From sequence record PP763253.1: a stretch of DNA of 64,000 bases. One strand, written 5' to 3'. Made by a program: the position numbers and the translations under genes. Shown here piece after piece: positions 44,259 to 54,204 of this stretch. Under the pieces are notes generated by a model. That model ran no database searches and had not been told where the DNA came from. It saw nothing but the letters and a program-made list of their open reading frames with translations. The DNA comes from Acinetobacter phage Ab1-TPeters. Position 1 is the first letter of the stretch. The number at the start of each line of letters is the position of its first letter.

Positions 44259-47200
44259 ATTATAGTAGTTCTGATATTCTTAACCTCAGGATCTGCAGAA
44301 TAAGAAGTAGAACTTAGTTCAATCTTGATTCTAGTAGCTGCAAGGCTAAGATTATCTACTTTGTATTCTACAGTTTGTCTACCAAAACCAATGTCTGTTC
44401 CAGATTTATTAGTTATCTCTTGGAAATCACCATTGGCTAATTGATAGAAAACTTTTACTTTAGAGTTTAAAGGCTCGTATTGATCCAGATAAATTCTAAG
44501 GCTAGCTGGTGTAACAAGTCCATTCTTGATTGTGAACTGACGTTGAACGTAAGTAGCAGGGCTATCTGAGGTTCCGTAAACCAATGAAATACCTGAAAGT
44601 ACTTTAGGTGATTTCTTAGTATCGTTAGTTTTTAATTCAAGCCATAGTTCTATATTACCCGCAGATACCTCGATAGGCGGAACTTTAACCACTTCATTAA
44701 CAGATAGATCGTAAGTAGCAGATCCAACTTTCATGAAGAAGCGTGCAGATGTGCCAGTTGGTGTATCCACGTCAGCTACTACTTTAAAGTTAGTTGCTTG
44801 ATCTACCAAATTATTTACAGTAAGTACTTTAACAGTTTTAGTTGGTTTATAAGTTATACTATGTAGTTTGAAAGTTAAGTCTTCATCCTGAACTGATGTC
44901 CAAGTTCTCTCATTAGCTGATAAAAGTAGAACTCCGTCATGAGTTTGATTTCTGACCCATTTAGAAGTTGCAGTACTGTATTCACCTACTCTAGCTGTAG
45001 CTACTTTACCTTGGAAGTTAGCAGTTGCTACAATCAAAGCATATTCAACACCAGCAATTACTTTAATAGGCATTTTTAAGTTGATTTTATTCCAACCTAA
45101 TTTTAGAGACTTATGGCTAACTGAACCTAAACCTAATAGATCATTCCAGTTAGGGATACCAGCTACTGTAGAAACTATTTTTATTTGTAAAGTGTTAGTA
45201 GGTAATTCTGTTAGGTAAATTGAAACAGCACTCAATTCTTGGTCAACTGCAGGTAAGAAAGTCTGAGAAACTGGATCGTAACCCCATGGTACTTCTTTAC
45301 CATTCCAGTTGAAGTCACCTTTGTCTCGAGTTTTACTCAATTTGAGTGACAAAATAGCTCGACAGGTTGCCCTTGAAGTTCTGCCAGTTGCAATTACATC
45401 ATAATCACCTAGAGTTGTGCCAACTGCTATTGGAATTCTAGCTTTAGCTTTACCTTGTGAATCAGCAGTAACTGTGGAAACTATGTTACCTCTGAATCTT
45501 ACATCAATCAACTCACCTGAGTTAAATAGGCTAAGGTTAGCGTAGCTTTCAGTAGCTCTTGGCATAAAGTTACCGTGGAAGTAACGCCACCAAGCATTTG
45601 CATACAGAGTGCCTGGGCTTAATGATATAACTGCCTGAGGAGCGTTACCTTGAGAATATGGGTTAATCCTTTGATCTTTAGTTATTTCTAACTGCTGGTC
45701 AAAAACTATCTCAGAAGCTGAATCAAGAGAGAAACTAGAGTCAGAGTTTAAGGCATTTGCTAGATAATTTGTTCCAATTTTCAAAGCAGTGTCTTCAATT
45801 ACTGCATTTTGATCTATACCTTGATCTCTCATATTCTCATTAAGAAGAGAGTCAACTATAATTCCACGTTTGTTAGTAACTGGATCTAAGGCACTAGCTT
45901 CGTCTTTAAGTGACAATTGAGCTACGTTATAGACTAAGTTGTCTACATCTGATCTTAATTTCTTAAGGTCAGAGAAGCTCATGATCATGACAGTACTTTC
46001 TTGGTCAATTACAGGATCTGCACCTAAAGCTACTGTTACTGTTCCAAGTGATAAATATGGGCCAGATGGAACTGATGGAGGAAGTACATAATTTGGAGTA
46101 TTTGGAGTTCCTCGTTGAACGTGAATTTCACCTTGGCTATTCAATAGAATTCTGTCAATTCTGGATAAGTAGAAATCATAATCAACATACATAACTGAGT
46201 TATGAACTACTTCAGCAGCGTCTTCATCAAATAATCTTAGACTTCCGTTAAGAATATACGCACTAAAGTTAGCTACAAATTGAAATTCTACTTGATAACT
46301 AGAACCAGGAGATGGTTCAGCCCCATTTGGAGTCCAGCTTATTGTATCGCCAGATTGAACATAATCAACGTTAGGTTGATAAATAGTTCCACCTTGTTTC
46401 ACTGAAAGAATTTGAAGAACTGGAGTTCTAGGTAAAATATCAACACCACCTCCAACACTACCTCTTGTAACATTAGCAGTTATCTTCTTAGTCGCCATCA
46501 CTTCAGTAATTTGCTTAATAGGTTCATTTCTTAAGCTATAGCTTAGCACTCCAGTTGAGAAAGTAACTGGTTCAGAAACTGTGCTTCTAAAATCAGTGTT
46601 AGCATCAACTAAGAATTCAGTCTCAACTGGGAATTCACACTCCACACCTGACACTCGAGCTGATCCAGAAGATAACAAGAATTTGTAATTGTCTTCAGTA
46701 ACTTCACCAATTTGAATAGAAAGACCTGAGATTACATAAGACCCATGGATACTAAAATCATATCTAGCTATTGATTTGTTGATGGCATTAGTCATATCAG
46801 TTGTTGATTGACTAGTCAATATTTCACCATCTTTTACTGTGAATACAGGAAAGAAAGCCTCACCCTCTTCTACTTTATCGCTAGTTGTCCAGTTACCGAT
46901 TACCTGAATTCTGAAAGCACCTTCTTCAAGATAACCTGGAGATAAAGGATCTGGTTCTAGTAAAGCAGCGTCTTCATTGGCAGTTACAGTTCTTTCAGTT
47001 ACTACAACTCCAACTAGAGTTAATCCCTCAGGAAGATTAATCTCTGTTTTCTGACAATGGGTAGGTAAGCCTTCAATTGAAAGAGTGCCTTCATTGATAA
47101 CTAATTGTGAAGCAGATAAACTTTCTACTTCACAACCAGTTAAAATAGTTCCATTAGAAACTAAATGTCTGCTAACTTTCTTTAACAACTCAAGAATATT

Positions 47201-47320
47201 GTCCTGAAGCTCATTCATTTCAGCAGATTGCAATGTTCTACCTGCTAAGAACGCTAGCTTTCTATAACCTTTAATAGGGTCATAGTTGTTAAAATAATCT
47301 TCTCTATCTTGAATAGACAT
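44255..47320 (-). CDS. large tail fiber / baseplate structural protein
   Basis: 1021 aa in tail module. Confidence 0.4.
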   Translation of the reverse strand: MSIQDREDYFNNYDPIKGYRKLAFLAGRTLQSAEMNELQDNILELLKKVSRHLVSNGTILTGCEVESLSASQLVINEGTLSIEGLPTHCQKTEINLPEGLTLVGVVVTERTVTANEDAALLEPDPLSPGYLEEGAFRIQVIGNWTTSDKVEEGEAFFPVFTVKDGEILTSQSTTDMTNAINKSIARYDFSIHGSYVISGLSIQIGEVTEDNYKFLLSSGSARVSGVECEFPVETEFLVDANTDFRSTVSEPVTFSTGVLSYSLRNEPIKQITEVMATKKITANVTRGSVGGGVDILPRTPVLQILSVKQGGTIYQPNVDYVQSGDTISWTPNGAEPSPGSSYQVEFQFVANFSAYILNGSLRLFDEDAAEVVHNSVMYVDYDFYLSRIDRILLNSQGEIHVQRGTPNTPNYVLPPSVPSGPYLSLGTVTVALGADPVIDQESTVMIMSFSDLKKLRSDVDNLVYNVAQLSLKDEASALDPVTNKRGIIVDSLLNENMRDQGIDQNAVIEDTALKIGTNYLANALNSDSSFSLDSASEIVFDQQLEITKDQRINPYSQGNAPQAVISLSPGTLYANAWWRYFHGNFMPRATESYANLSLFNSGELIDVRFRGNIVSTVTADSQGKAKARIPIAVGTTLGDYDVIATGRTSRATCRAILSLKLSKTRDKGDFNWNGKEVPWGYDPVSQTFLPAVDQELSAVSIYLTELPTNTLQIKIVSTVAGIPNWNDLLGLGSVSHKSLKLGWNKINLKMPIKVIAGVEYALIVATANFQGKVATARVGEYSTATSKWVRNQTHDGVLLLSANERTWTSVQDEDLTFKLHSITYKPTKTVKVLTVNNLVDQATNFKVVADVDTPTGTSARFFMKVGSATYDLSVNEVVKVPPIEVSAGNIELWLELKTNDTKKSPKVLSGISLVYGTSDSPATYVQRQFTIKNGLVTPASLRIYLDQYEPLNSKVKVFYQLANGDFQEITNKSGTDIGFGRQTVEYKVDNLSLAATRIKIELSSTSYSADPEVKNIRTTII

Positions 47321-47334
47321 TGCAACCTCAACGT

Positions 47335-48201
47335 TTAGAATGTGATAATAACTTCGCGGATTTCTCTTGAAGTAGAGTCTCGGTAAACTGGAGCTACGTT
47401 AGCTACTGCAATTAAATTACCGAAGTCACTAATTTCAGAAGGCAGAAGGTAGTTTTTGTTTTCATTTCCCAAAGCAGGAACTGTGTCAGTAAACACACCG
47501 AACTGATAAATTGTTTGATCTGAAGCATCAGATAAAGCAAAACCAACTTGGAAATATAAGTTATTTGTAGGTTCAGCTGACTCAGACCAGTTTACTAACT
47601 CAAGTTCATTTTGTGAGTTAAGAACAGCCGTAACTATCTCACCGTTAGGATCACGCTTAACAAACTTTTTAATATTAGCTCGTCTACGTCCAACTTCATT
47701 GTAAAGTAAATTTAATGATTCAGGTGGAGCAACAGGGGAAGTTGTCCAAGGGTCAATTACTGTGGAATTTGAAGTAGGTAGTAACTTATCTGGATTAGTC
47801 AGCCCAGTTAAATCAGTATACGAAGCAGTTGAAGTTTCACCTAGAAGCTCATATACACCTGAGGTTAAGCTTAATTTATAAACTCGATAACCTTTAGAAC
47901 CTGACACTGAGCTCCAACCTAGATTTACTGCATTCTGGCCTGCAACTAAATCAACTAGAGCTACAGCTGATCCTGAAGTTTCACCAAAATCAGTGAATGC
48001 AGTTACTCGATAACGGTGAGATCCAACTTCTAAATTTCCTCCAGTTGTTGGAGTTTTAGTTCCTACAGTCGGAGCAGCAATTGAACTAGGTAGCTTACCC
48101 CAACCTAAGTATATCTCACGGTCTTTTACGTATTTTGCTACAGTTATGTGAGCTCTGTCAGTAATAGTATACTGGTTATTTCTGCTAAGTATTTCAGCCA
48201 T
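47335..48201 (-). CDS. tail fiber/baseplate-associated structural protein
   Basis: 288 aa, Ser/Thr/Gly-rich. Confidence 0.3.
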   Translation of the reverse strand: MAEILSRNNQYTITDRAHITVAKYVKDREIYLGWGKLPSSIAAPTVGTKTPTTGGNLEVGSHRYRVTAFTDFGETSGSAVALVDLVAGQNAVNLGWSSVSGSKGYRVYKLSLTSGVYELLGETSTASYTDLTGLTNPDKLLPTSNSTVIDPWTTSPVAPPESLNLLYNEVGRRRANIKKFVKRDPNGEIVTAVLNSQNELELVNWSESAEPTNNLYFQVGFALSDASDQTIYQFGVFTDTVPALGNENKNYLLPSEISDFGNLIAVANVAPVYRDSTSREIREVIITF

Positions 48202-48339
48202 TTTTAGTATCCTCGATCAGAACCCATGAATCATTAATGAGTCTGTATTTTTCTTTAGTTGTTGCATTCACATAGATAGATCCTTCAGCAGCGTCTTTAG
48301 GAAAGACACCTATTGAATCACTGTACAGTTGAGGTTCAC

Positions 48340-49668
48340 TCATGTTTCGTATTCCTCGGGCTCATAATCGAATAAAGTATAAACGCCAGTTTTAGGTAGT
48401 TCAGTTGGAACTTCTATTGATAAATAAGTACCAGTTTCTAAGTTTAAACACTCAGAATTAATTCTGATAGCGGTCTGGAAGTGTTTGACTTTCAATTTAG
48501 AAGCGTAGTCATAGCTATCTAGTTTAATCGATGTCTGAATAGGATGAATCTCTAGATTACCCTTACCACCGTAGATAGGTTTCGACTCCCTTATTGCTAC
48601 GTAGTTTGAATTGTAATTATAATTATAACCAGAACTATACGAATCATCAGAATAATTCTGATAATACCCTAAAGCATAGCCATCAGAGTAAGCCTTAAGT
48701 TGGTTAGATACAAGTTCGTATTCGTTAGTATAGTCACTGCTTAAATAACCATTATCAACAAACATCTTCTGGTAGTTAGAATTATATTTGTTGTTGTATC
48801 CAGTTGCGTCTATTACTACTTCAGTTCCAACTACTACTGATTTGCCTACATTATAGTCTGAACCATAAAACTTATCAGCATAGTTTTTGTAGAAAGTATT
48901 GTGACTGGATTTAATTCTAGTGGCAGTCTGACTAACCACTGGTTCAAGTGGTTTGTTAAATAAGAATTCCTGTTTTCTACAAAATAGAGCCAGTAGACCA
49001 TTCTTATCAGTTACATACCCACCAGTTGGTCTTCCAAATACAGATCGATCAAGTCTCCAGTTCTGTGACAAAGCTCCAAGCCCTAGTTCAATTGACCAGT
49101 CACTATAATCACCAAGATCCCAGTTACTTTTTAAGTTCAAGCAGTTGGTTATTGAAGAGAGTTTTACACAAACAGGAAGAACTTCCTCAGCTAATCTCAT
49201 TAAAATTACTAATTTATCTCTGGATATGATTTCTTGAGTGTTTTCAACCACTACAATAATCTTAGTACAGCCAGCTCTAGTTTTAAGTAATTTTAGATAC
49301 CTATACTGAACACCTGCTAGTTTTAATGCAGTAAGGAAACCTTCCATAGTGCCTTTAAGTGCAATGAAATCGGGCATCATCTGAGCTAAGCCAGACATGT
49401 CAATTCCATCACGTTCAGACATAACTTCAATTATTGTCTTACCGCCTAACATTCTGATCAAATTATCTGGATCAAAACCTGAAAGATGTGGTTTAAATAA
49501 ATGTTCTACGTACTCTACATCTGGATCGAAGAACTTATTAAGTCCTTCGTCCATAATTGTAGAAAAGAATTTATATAATTCTTTATCCTGAAGATTCTTA
49601 GGAAAGTACTTTAACGTTTCAGTATTTCTCGCCATTTTTAGAGTACCCCAAACTTGAATCTGTGCCAT
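48340..49668 (-). CDS. tail fiber-like protein with Tyr/Asn/Ser-rich low-complexity region
   Basis: 442 aa; YNNKYNSNYQ...GYYQNYSDDSYSSGYNYNYNSNY. Confidence 0.35.
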   Translation of the reverse strand: MAQIQVWGTLKMARNTETLKYFPKNLQDKELYKFFSTIMDEGLNKFFDPDVEYVEHLFKPHLSGFDPDNLIRMLGGKTIIEVMSERDGIDMSGLAQMMPDFIALKGTMEGFLTALKLAGVQYRYLKLLKTRAGCTKIIVVVENTQEIISRDKLVILMRLAEEVLPVCVKLSSITNCLNLKSNWDLGDYSDWSIELGLGALSQNWRLDRSVFGRPTGGYVTDKNGLLALFCRKQEFLFNKPLEPVVSQTATRIKSSHNTFYKNYADKFYGSDYNVGKSVVVGTEVVIDATGYNNKYNSNYQKMFVDNGYLSSDYTNEYELVSNQLKAYSDGYALGYYQNYSDDSYSSGYNYNYNSNYVAIRESKPIYGGKGNLEIHPIQTSIKLDSYDYASKLKVKHFQTAIRINSECLNLETGTYLSIEVPTELPKTGVYTLFDYEPEEYET

Positions 49669-51016
49669 TTGAATAAGCTTCGTCTATGTCTTTTTGAGTA
49701 AATTTAATTTCAAGATTACGCAGAGCAAAATATTCTTTATAGCTAGCTTGTTTGTCTTTAATCGGGTACTCAAGATAGATTCTATCAACGTGCTCTAGTT
49801 CACAGATGAAGTCCTTAGAGAGCAATTTATTTGGTTGAAATGAACTACCTAATTTTAAGCACATGCTATTAATTAAATCAGTTATTTTAGATTTGAGTTC
49901 AGCTGTGTTAGCACTTTTATCTATAATAACATTGATCTTATAGTCAACATCAATCTTCTCAGGATCTTCAATAAAGAATGAGGTACCTAAGATAGCATGT
50001 TGCTCTAGGTAAAGATAGAAATTTTCTCTCATTTGAGGAGTAAAAATTTGTTCATCTTCTCTTAAATAAGCAACGTTTACTGCACAACAGCTATTTGATC
50101 TACTTACTGCGTTAGTGGAAACTAAACCTTCATAAGTCAAAGATATGTTACGATAGTCACTTATTGATGTAAGTAGACCATTACTGTATCGAAATCCTGG
50201 AGCAGCAGCTTTAACTTTTTCTAATGAGTCTTCGTTTGACCCATAGTCTGTTATCTTCCAATAAGTTATTGAACCAATAGATAGCTGTAACTCTGAACCA
50301 TCAATTCTTCCATCTAAAGCAATCAATGAAGGAGTCAAGTAACTTACTTTAAGTTTGTCACCAAACTCTGGCTTTCTACCTATTAAACCATTTCCGAAGA
50401 TAAGGTAAATTCCAGAAGTCATTGATCTTATCAAGATAGTGTCTGAATTAGATTTAGATAATAGTCTTACTGGTGACAGAGTTTCCTCATTTAGCTTAAA
50501 TTCCACTAAATTATTGTCTATGTCACCTTCAAAGAATAAACTTAAATAATCGCTTACATCTTTAATTTCTTGTTCAGAAGAATTCCAATCACCTAGAGCT
50601 ACTTCAACTGTATTCGAACCAGACTCAATTCTTTTATCTTCAGTTAAAACTAAATTGTATTTACCGTAAGTGCCAATGGGAATTTCTTTTGACCAGAAAG
50701 ACTCAATATCTGAGTTGAATGTAAGTCTTATTCTAGTTGCTGCTTTTCTATTAAAATAATAACCCAGAGCTGAAGCAATGGCCACAGCTTCCGATTTTAT
50801 GTAGTTTTCGTATAAAGTTGAGTTCTTTCTATTTGATTGAGCGGCAAAACCTAAGAGAGCTGTTATAGCTGCACCTACATCAAGAACTGTCTCACCTGCA
50901 CCAGCTATATAAAAATCTTTCCAGCGATTTTCATAATCTGGAAGGCTTTTGACATAATTTGATAAGTGAGACTTTACTTCATCAAAGGAGATCGAATTAA
51001 GATTATTAAGGTTCAT
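49619..51016 (-). CDS. baseplate wedge protein (gp6/J-like)
   Basis: 465 aa; position between gp25-like and fiber genes. Confidence 0.3.
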   Translation of the reverse strand: MNLNNLNSISFDEVKSHLSNYVKSLPDYENRWKDFYIAGAGETVLDVGAAITALLGFAAQSNRKNSTLYENYIKSEAVAIASALGYYFNRKAATRIRLTFNSDIESFWSKEIPIGTYGKYNLVLTEDKRIESGSNTVEVALGDWNSSEQEIKDVSDYLSLFFEGDIDNNLVEFKLNEETLSPVRLLSKSNSDTILIRSMTSGIYLIFGNGLIGRKPEFGDKLKVSYLTPSLIALDGRIDGSELQLSIGSITYWKITDYGSNEDSLEKVKAAAPGFRYSNGLLTSISDYRNISLTYEGLVSTNAVSRSNSCCAVNVAYLREDEQIFTPQMRENFYLYLEQHAILGTSFFIEDPEKIDVDYKINVIIDKSANTAELKSKITDLINSMCLKLGSSFQPNKLLSKDFICELEHVDRIYLEYPIKDKQASYKEYFALRNLEIKFTQKDIDEAYSNGTDSSLGYSKNGEKY

Positions 51017-51378
51017 TTCTTCAATCCTATTTCATAAGTGTAAGTCTCTGGCAGATTTACTATTTTAAATACTAAAGTAAGCCAGTAAACATGATTATCG
51101 AAATCAGCTACAACGTTGGTCTTAGCTTTATCTAAAATTGCTCTAGGTTCAAACTTAGTTACTACATCAACAACTTCTGAGTAGACTGCTAATTCAGTTG
51201 CATAGCTCATTGGTTCAAATAGAATATCTTGAAGTGAACAGCCTACTGAAGATCTAAAAAGTCTTTGTTTCTTCTTAGTTCTGAGAAGGTTAACAATTGA
51301 TTGAAGTACAGCTTCACCATTAGTTAAGTAGTTTTTAGATAAGCTTTGGTCAACATCTTTATAAATTACCTCAATCAT
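51013..51378 (-). CDS. baseplate wedge protein (gp25/W-like)
   Basis: 121 aa; size and position typical of gp25-like baseplate proteins. Confidence 0.3.
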   Translation of the reverse strand: MIEVIYKDVDQSLSKNYLTNGEAVLQSIVNLLRTKKKQRLFRSSVGCSLQDILFEPMSYATELAVYSEVVDVVTKFEPRAILDKAKTNVVADFDNHVYWLTLVFKIVNLPETYTYEIGLKK

Positions 51379-52043
51379 TATTGACTCCCGATAGGGTTAC
51401 TAGTTTGTTGTCCCATTGACTCAGAGTGAACGTGACTATTGTAGATAGCTCGATCTTCAGACATGTTTCTAGTAGAATCAGACAATTCACCATCAAATTT
51501 AGATTCAGGTATGTCAAATTTACCTAGCTTAGCTAGAACATTTAGAGCTTCAGCTATGTCAATTTTTGCTTTACTAGGTGTAGTAAGAGTGAACCCACCA
51601 TCAGAATCAATTTCAAACTTGAATCCAGAGCAGTGATCAAACAAAAGTGTTTTCTTCTGTTTATTTACAGCGAAGACTGTTCCAGAACTATCCTTAAATC
51701 CGTATACGTTCGGGTAATCTTCTCTGAACTCTTCAGGGACAGCATTTAAGTGCCAGTTGGATTTATAGAAACCAGAGTGTATGTCACCGTGAGGAAATTC
51801 TACAATAACTTCTGATCCTATATCAGGTATTTCAACTCTTTGAGCATCAGCTGAATCACCAAAACCTACAGGAAGCTCTGGGGTAAACCAAATAGGTGCT
51901 TCTGATTCAAAGACTCCAGGTATTTTTACCTTTAGTCTTCTCTTGAACTCAGGGTCTTTATTATCAGTTACAATAGCTTTGTGAGGTGTACTTAATAAAC
52001 CCGAATTTGAGGAGTTCTGATTTAAATCAGTTAATTTAATCAT
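51378..52043 (-). CDS. baseplate protein
   Basis: 221 aa in baseplate cluster. Confidence 0.3.
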   Translation of the reverse strand: MIKLTDLNQNSSNSGLLSTPHKAIVTDNKDPEFKRRLKVKIPGVFESEAPIWFTPELPVGFGDSADAQRVEIPDIGSEVIVEFPHGDIHSGFYKSNWHLNAVPEEFREDYPNVYGFKDSSGTVFAVNKQKKTLLFDHCSGFKFEIDSDGGFTLTTPSKAKIDIAEALNVLAKLGKFDIPESKFDGELSDSTRNMSEDRAIYNSHVHSESMGQQTSNPIGSQ

Positions 52044-53170
52044 TTTATCTCCTCTTGACCATTAGAGCCATCTCTACATAAAGTAATAATAGTCTTTAAT
52101 TCTTTGTTAGCAATAATTCTTGCCTTTTTATCTACAAACCATACACCTGAATCAACTTCACTTGCAGATCTACTATTTTGATTGTCAACTGTTTTTAGAA
52201 GAACTGTGTCTAATAGATTAACTGGAATTGTTTGATTGTTGAAGGTAACTTTAGCTTTCGTGCTTTGAAGCATTAGGAGGTTACGCACATTATAATCATA
52301 TGATAACTGATAATTAGAATGCATATTCTGGTTTGAGATTCTTGATTTTCCTACTCTCTTACCTAAACCTGAAACACCCTGATCTCCATTAACCATAGTG
52401 TTTATTTTCTCAGGAGTAGCATACATGCTAACATTCTGTGAACTGTCATGAAGTAAAGTGCTTTTAGGCTGACCGCCAATAGCTGAAGAGAATCCACGAT
52501 CATCTTGAAATGACGGCACGCTCTCGTAAACGAATGTCTTATCTGAATCAATTGAAGTTGAAGTAAAAGTGAATTCAGCTGGATTAGATAAGGCTTTAAT
52601 CATAGATCGCATTCTGAATTCACCAGAAGCATTAATACCTACTAGCAGTGTGTCAGTTTTATCTTTGAGTGTAGAATGAAGCCATAACTCATTAATAAAT
52701 TTTCTATTATTAGTGTTAGGTTGGATCCAATTCATCTCATCATCAGAGCCATCAGTTTCATCTATAACTTTGAAATACTTTCCAGCTATCTCTTTTATAA
52801 CATCTACTGACTTACCACCGTAAGTCTTAACAAAGCATTCTGAGTTGTAAGTAAGTGAGACACCTACTCCAACTGTTCTATACATTCTTGAATTATTGGA
52901 AACTGAACTTTTAGTAGTGTCAAAAATGTAGAGTCTTATTGATTCTAAGTTATTTAAGTCTTTACCAAAAGTTACGTCTAGATAATTCCCATTATTCAAG
53001 AATTTTTCTAATTCGAAATTATTGCTAAGTGAAAAGACTAACTCAAAGAGTGGCAAGACATTACCAGTTTCTTCAATAAGCTTGAACATTATTAATTGAT
53101 CTTCGCGAATAAAGTTATCTATGTTCGCTAATTTAAACTTACATAAATACTTACCAGTAATGCCTATCAT
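52040..53170 (-). CDS. baseplate hub-like protein
   Basis: 376 aa downstream of tape measure gene. Confidence 0.3.
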   Translation of the reverse strand: MIGITGKYLCKFKLANIDNFIREDQLIMFKLIEETGNVLPLFELVFSLSNNFELEKFLNNGNYLDVTFGKDLNNLESIRLYIFDTTKSSVSNNSRMYRTVGVGVSLTYNSECFVKTYGGKSVDVIKEIAGKYFKVIDETDGSDDEMNWIQPNTNNRKFINELWLHSTLKDKTDTLLVGINASGEFRMRSMIKALSNPAEFTFTSTSIDSDKTFVYESVPSFQDDRGFSSAIGGQPKSTLLHDSSQNVSMYATPEKINTMVNGDQGVSGLGKRVGKSRISNQNMHSNYQLSYDYNVRNLLMLQSTKAKVTFNNQTIPVNLLDTVLLKTVDNQNSRSASEVDSGVWFVDKKARIIANKELKTIITLCRDGSNGQEEIK

Positions 53171-53180
53171 TGCGCAACCT

Positions 53181-53597
53181 CTATAAAATTTCGAGAGTAG
53201 AAATTTCAGAGCTATTAGTCTTAGTCGAGCTATTTGTACTTAGCTCAAAGTAAACGTTTTCAATCTGATCTAAACTCGGATATTTAATAATTAAACCATT
53301 CTTTAAATCATCTGGGAAACAAAGCCCATTTAATGACATGATAATCCACCAATATTGATAATTACCTTGACCATAAAGAGCTTCTGACAGTAGGTCAGGT
53401 CGACCTACTTCAGATAGGATAGTGTAACTTCTTAAATCTTTCAATCTATGAAGTTCATGCAGAAATTTAGAATTATTTAAATTAAACATAGCTACGTCAC
53501 ATTTTTCAGTTAACTTAGCTATATCGAATCTGTCTAAACCTTTATTGTCTGAAGTTCTAAACATAAATACCTCACAAGAACCAGCTCTGAATCTCAT
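53181..53597 (-). CDS. tail structural protein
   Basis: 138 aa. Confidence 0.3.
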   Translation of the reverse strand: MRFRAGSCEVFMFRTSDNKGLDRFDIAKLTEKCDVAMFNLNNSKFLHELHRLKDLRSYTILSEVGRPDLLSEALYGQGNYQYWWIIMSLNGLCFPDDLKNGLIIKYPSLDQIENVYFELSTNSSTKTNSSEISTLEIL

Positions 53598-54204
53598 CAG
53601 CTGTAGGAAGAATAGCTGGTTGAAAAGTAAGGTTTACTTTGATGTAAAGAGGCTTACCTGTTGACTTAACTACAGCCATACTGGAGTTATGACCTACAGA
53701 TAGCAAAGTTAAACCAGTGGCTCTGAAGTACCTACCAATTGAGATACTCCAAACACCGTCAAGACTTTGAGTGCCAAAATTCTTGGTTAACTTCTCAACT
53801 CCGTAACCACCAGGAGATGAAAGAACACCAAATTCACCTCCAGTTGTTCTAGGTCCAACTAGACCTAGCAGATTCTTTAAGATACCTGTTGTGTCAATTT
53901 CTGGTTTGTAAGCGAAAATAGTCATAGGTATCTGAAAGATAGGCTTGTTGTTTCCAGTCCATTGAGATACAGTCTCACGTAAGTTCTTAATTACGTACTG
54001 ATCTCCCATTGAAGTAGCATTAGCTGCTAAGTTAGCGATGTCTTGTAGACTGCCACCACTGTTACCATCTTTTGAATCGTAAATAGCACTTGAGTCAAAA
54101 CCGAAGTCTTGTTCAATTAGTGAGGAAAGTTTGAAGCCCTCAGAATGCACTATGTTTATTAGAGCATTAGGATTAGAGAGCATTTGTTCATAGAATAATG
54201 CCAT
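53572..54204 (-). CDS. tail structural protein
   Basis: 210 aa. Confidence 0.3.
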   Translation of the reverse strand: MALFYEQMLSNPNALINIVHSEGFKLSSLIEQDFGFDSSAIYDSKDGNSGGSLQDIANLAANATSMGDQYVIKNLRETVSQWTGNNKPIFQIPMTIFAYKPEIDTTGILKNLLGLVGPRTTGGEFGVLSSPGGYGVEKLTKNFGTQSLDGVWSISIGRYFRATGLTLLSVGHNSSMAVVKSTGKPLYIKVNLTFQPAILPTADEIQSWFL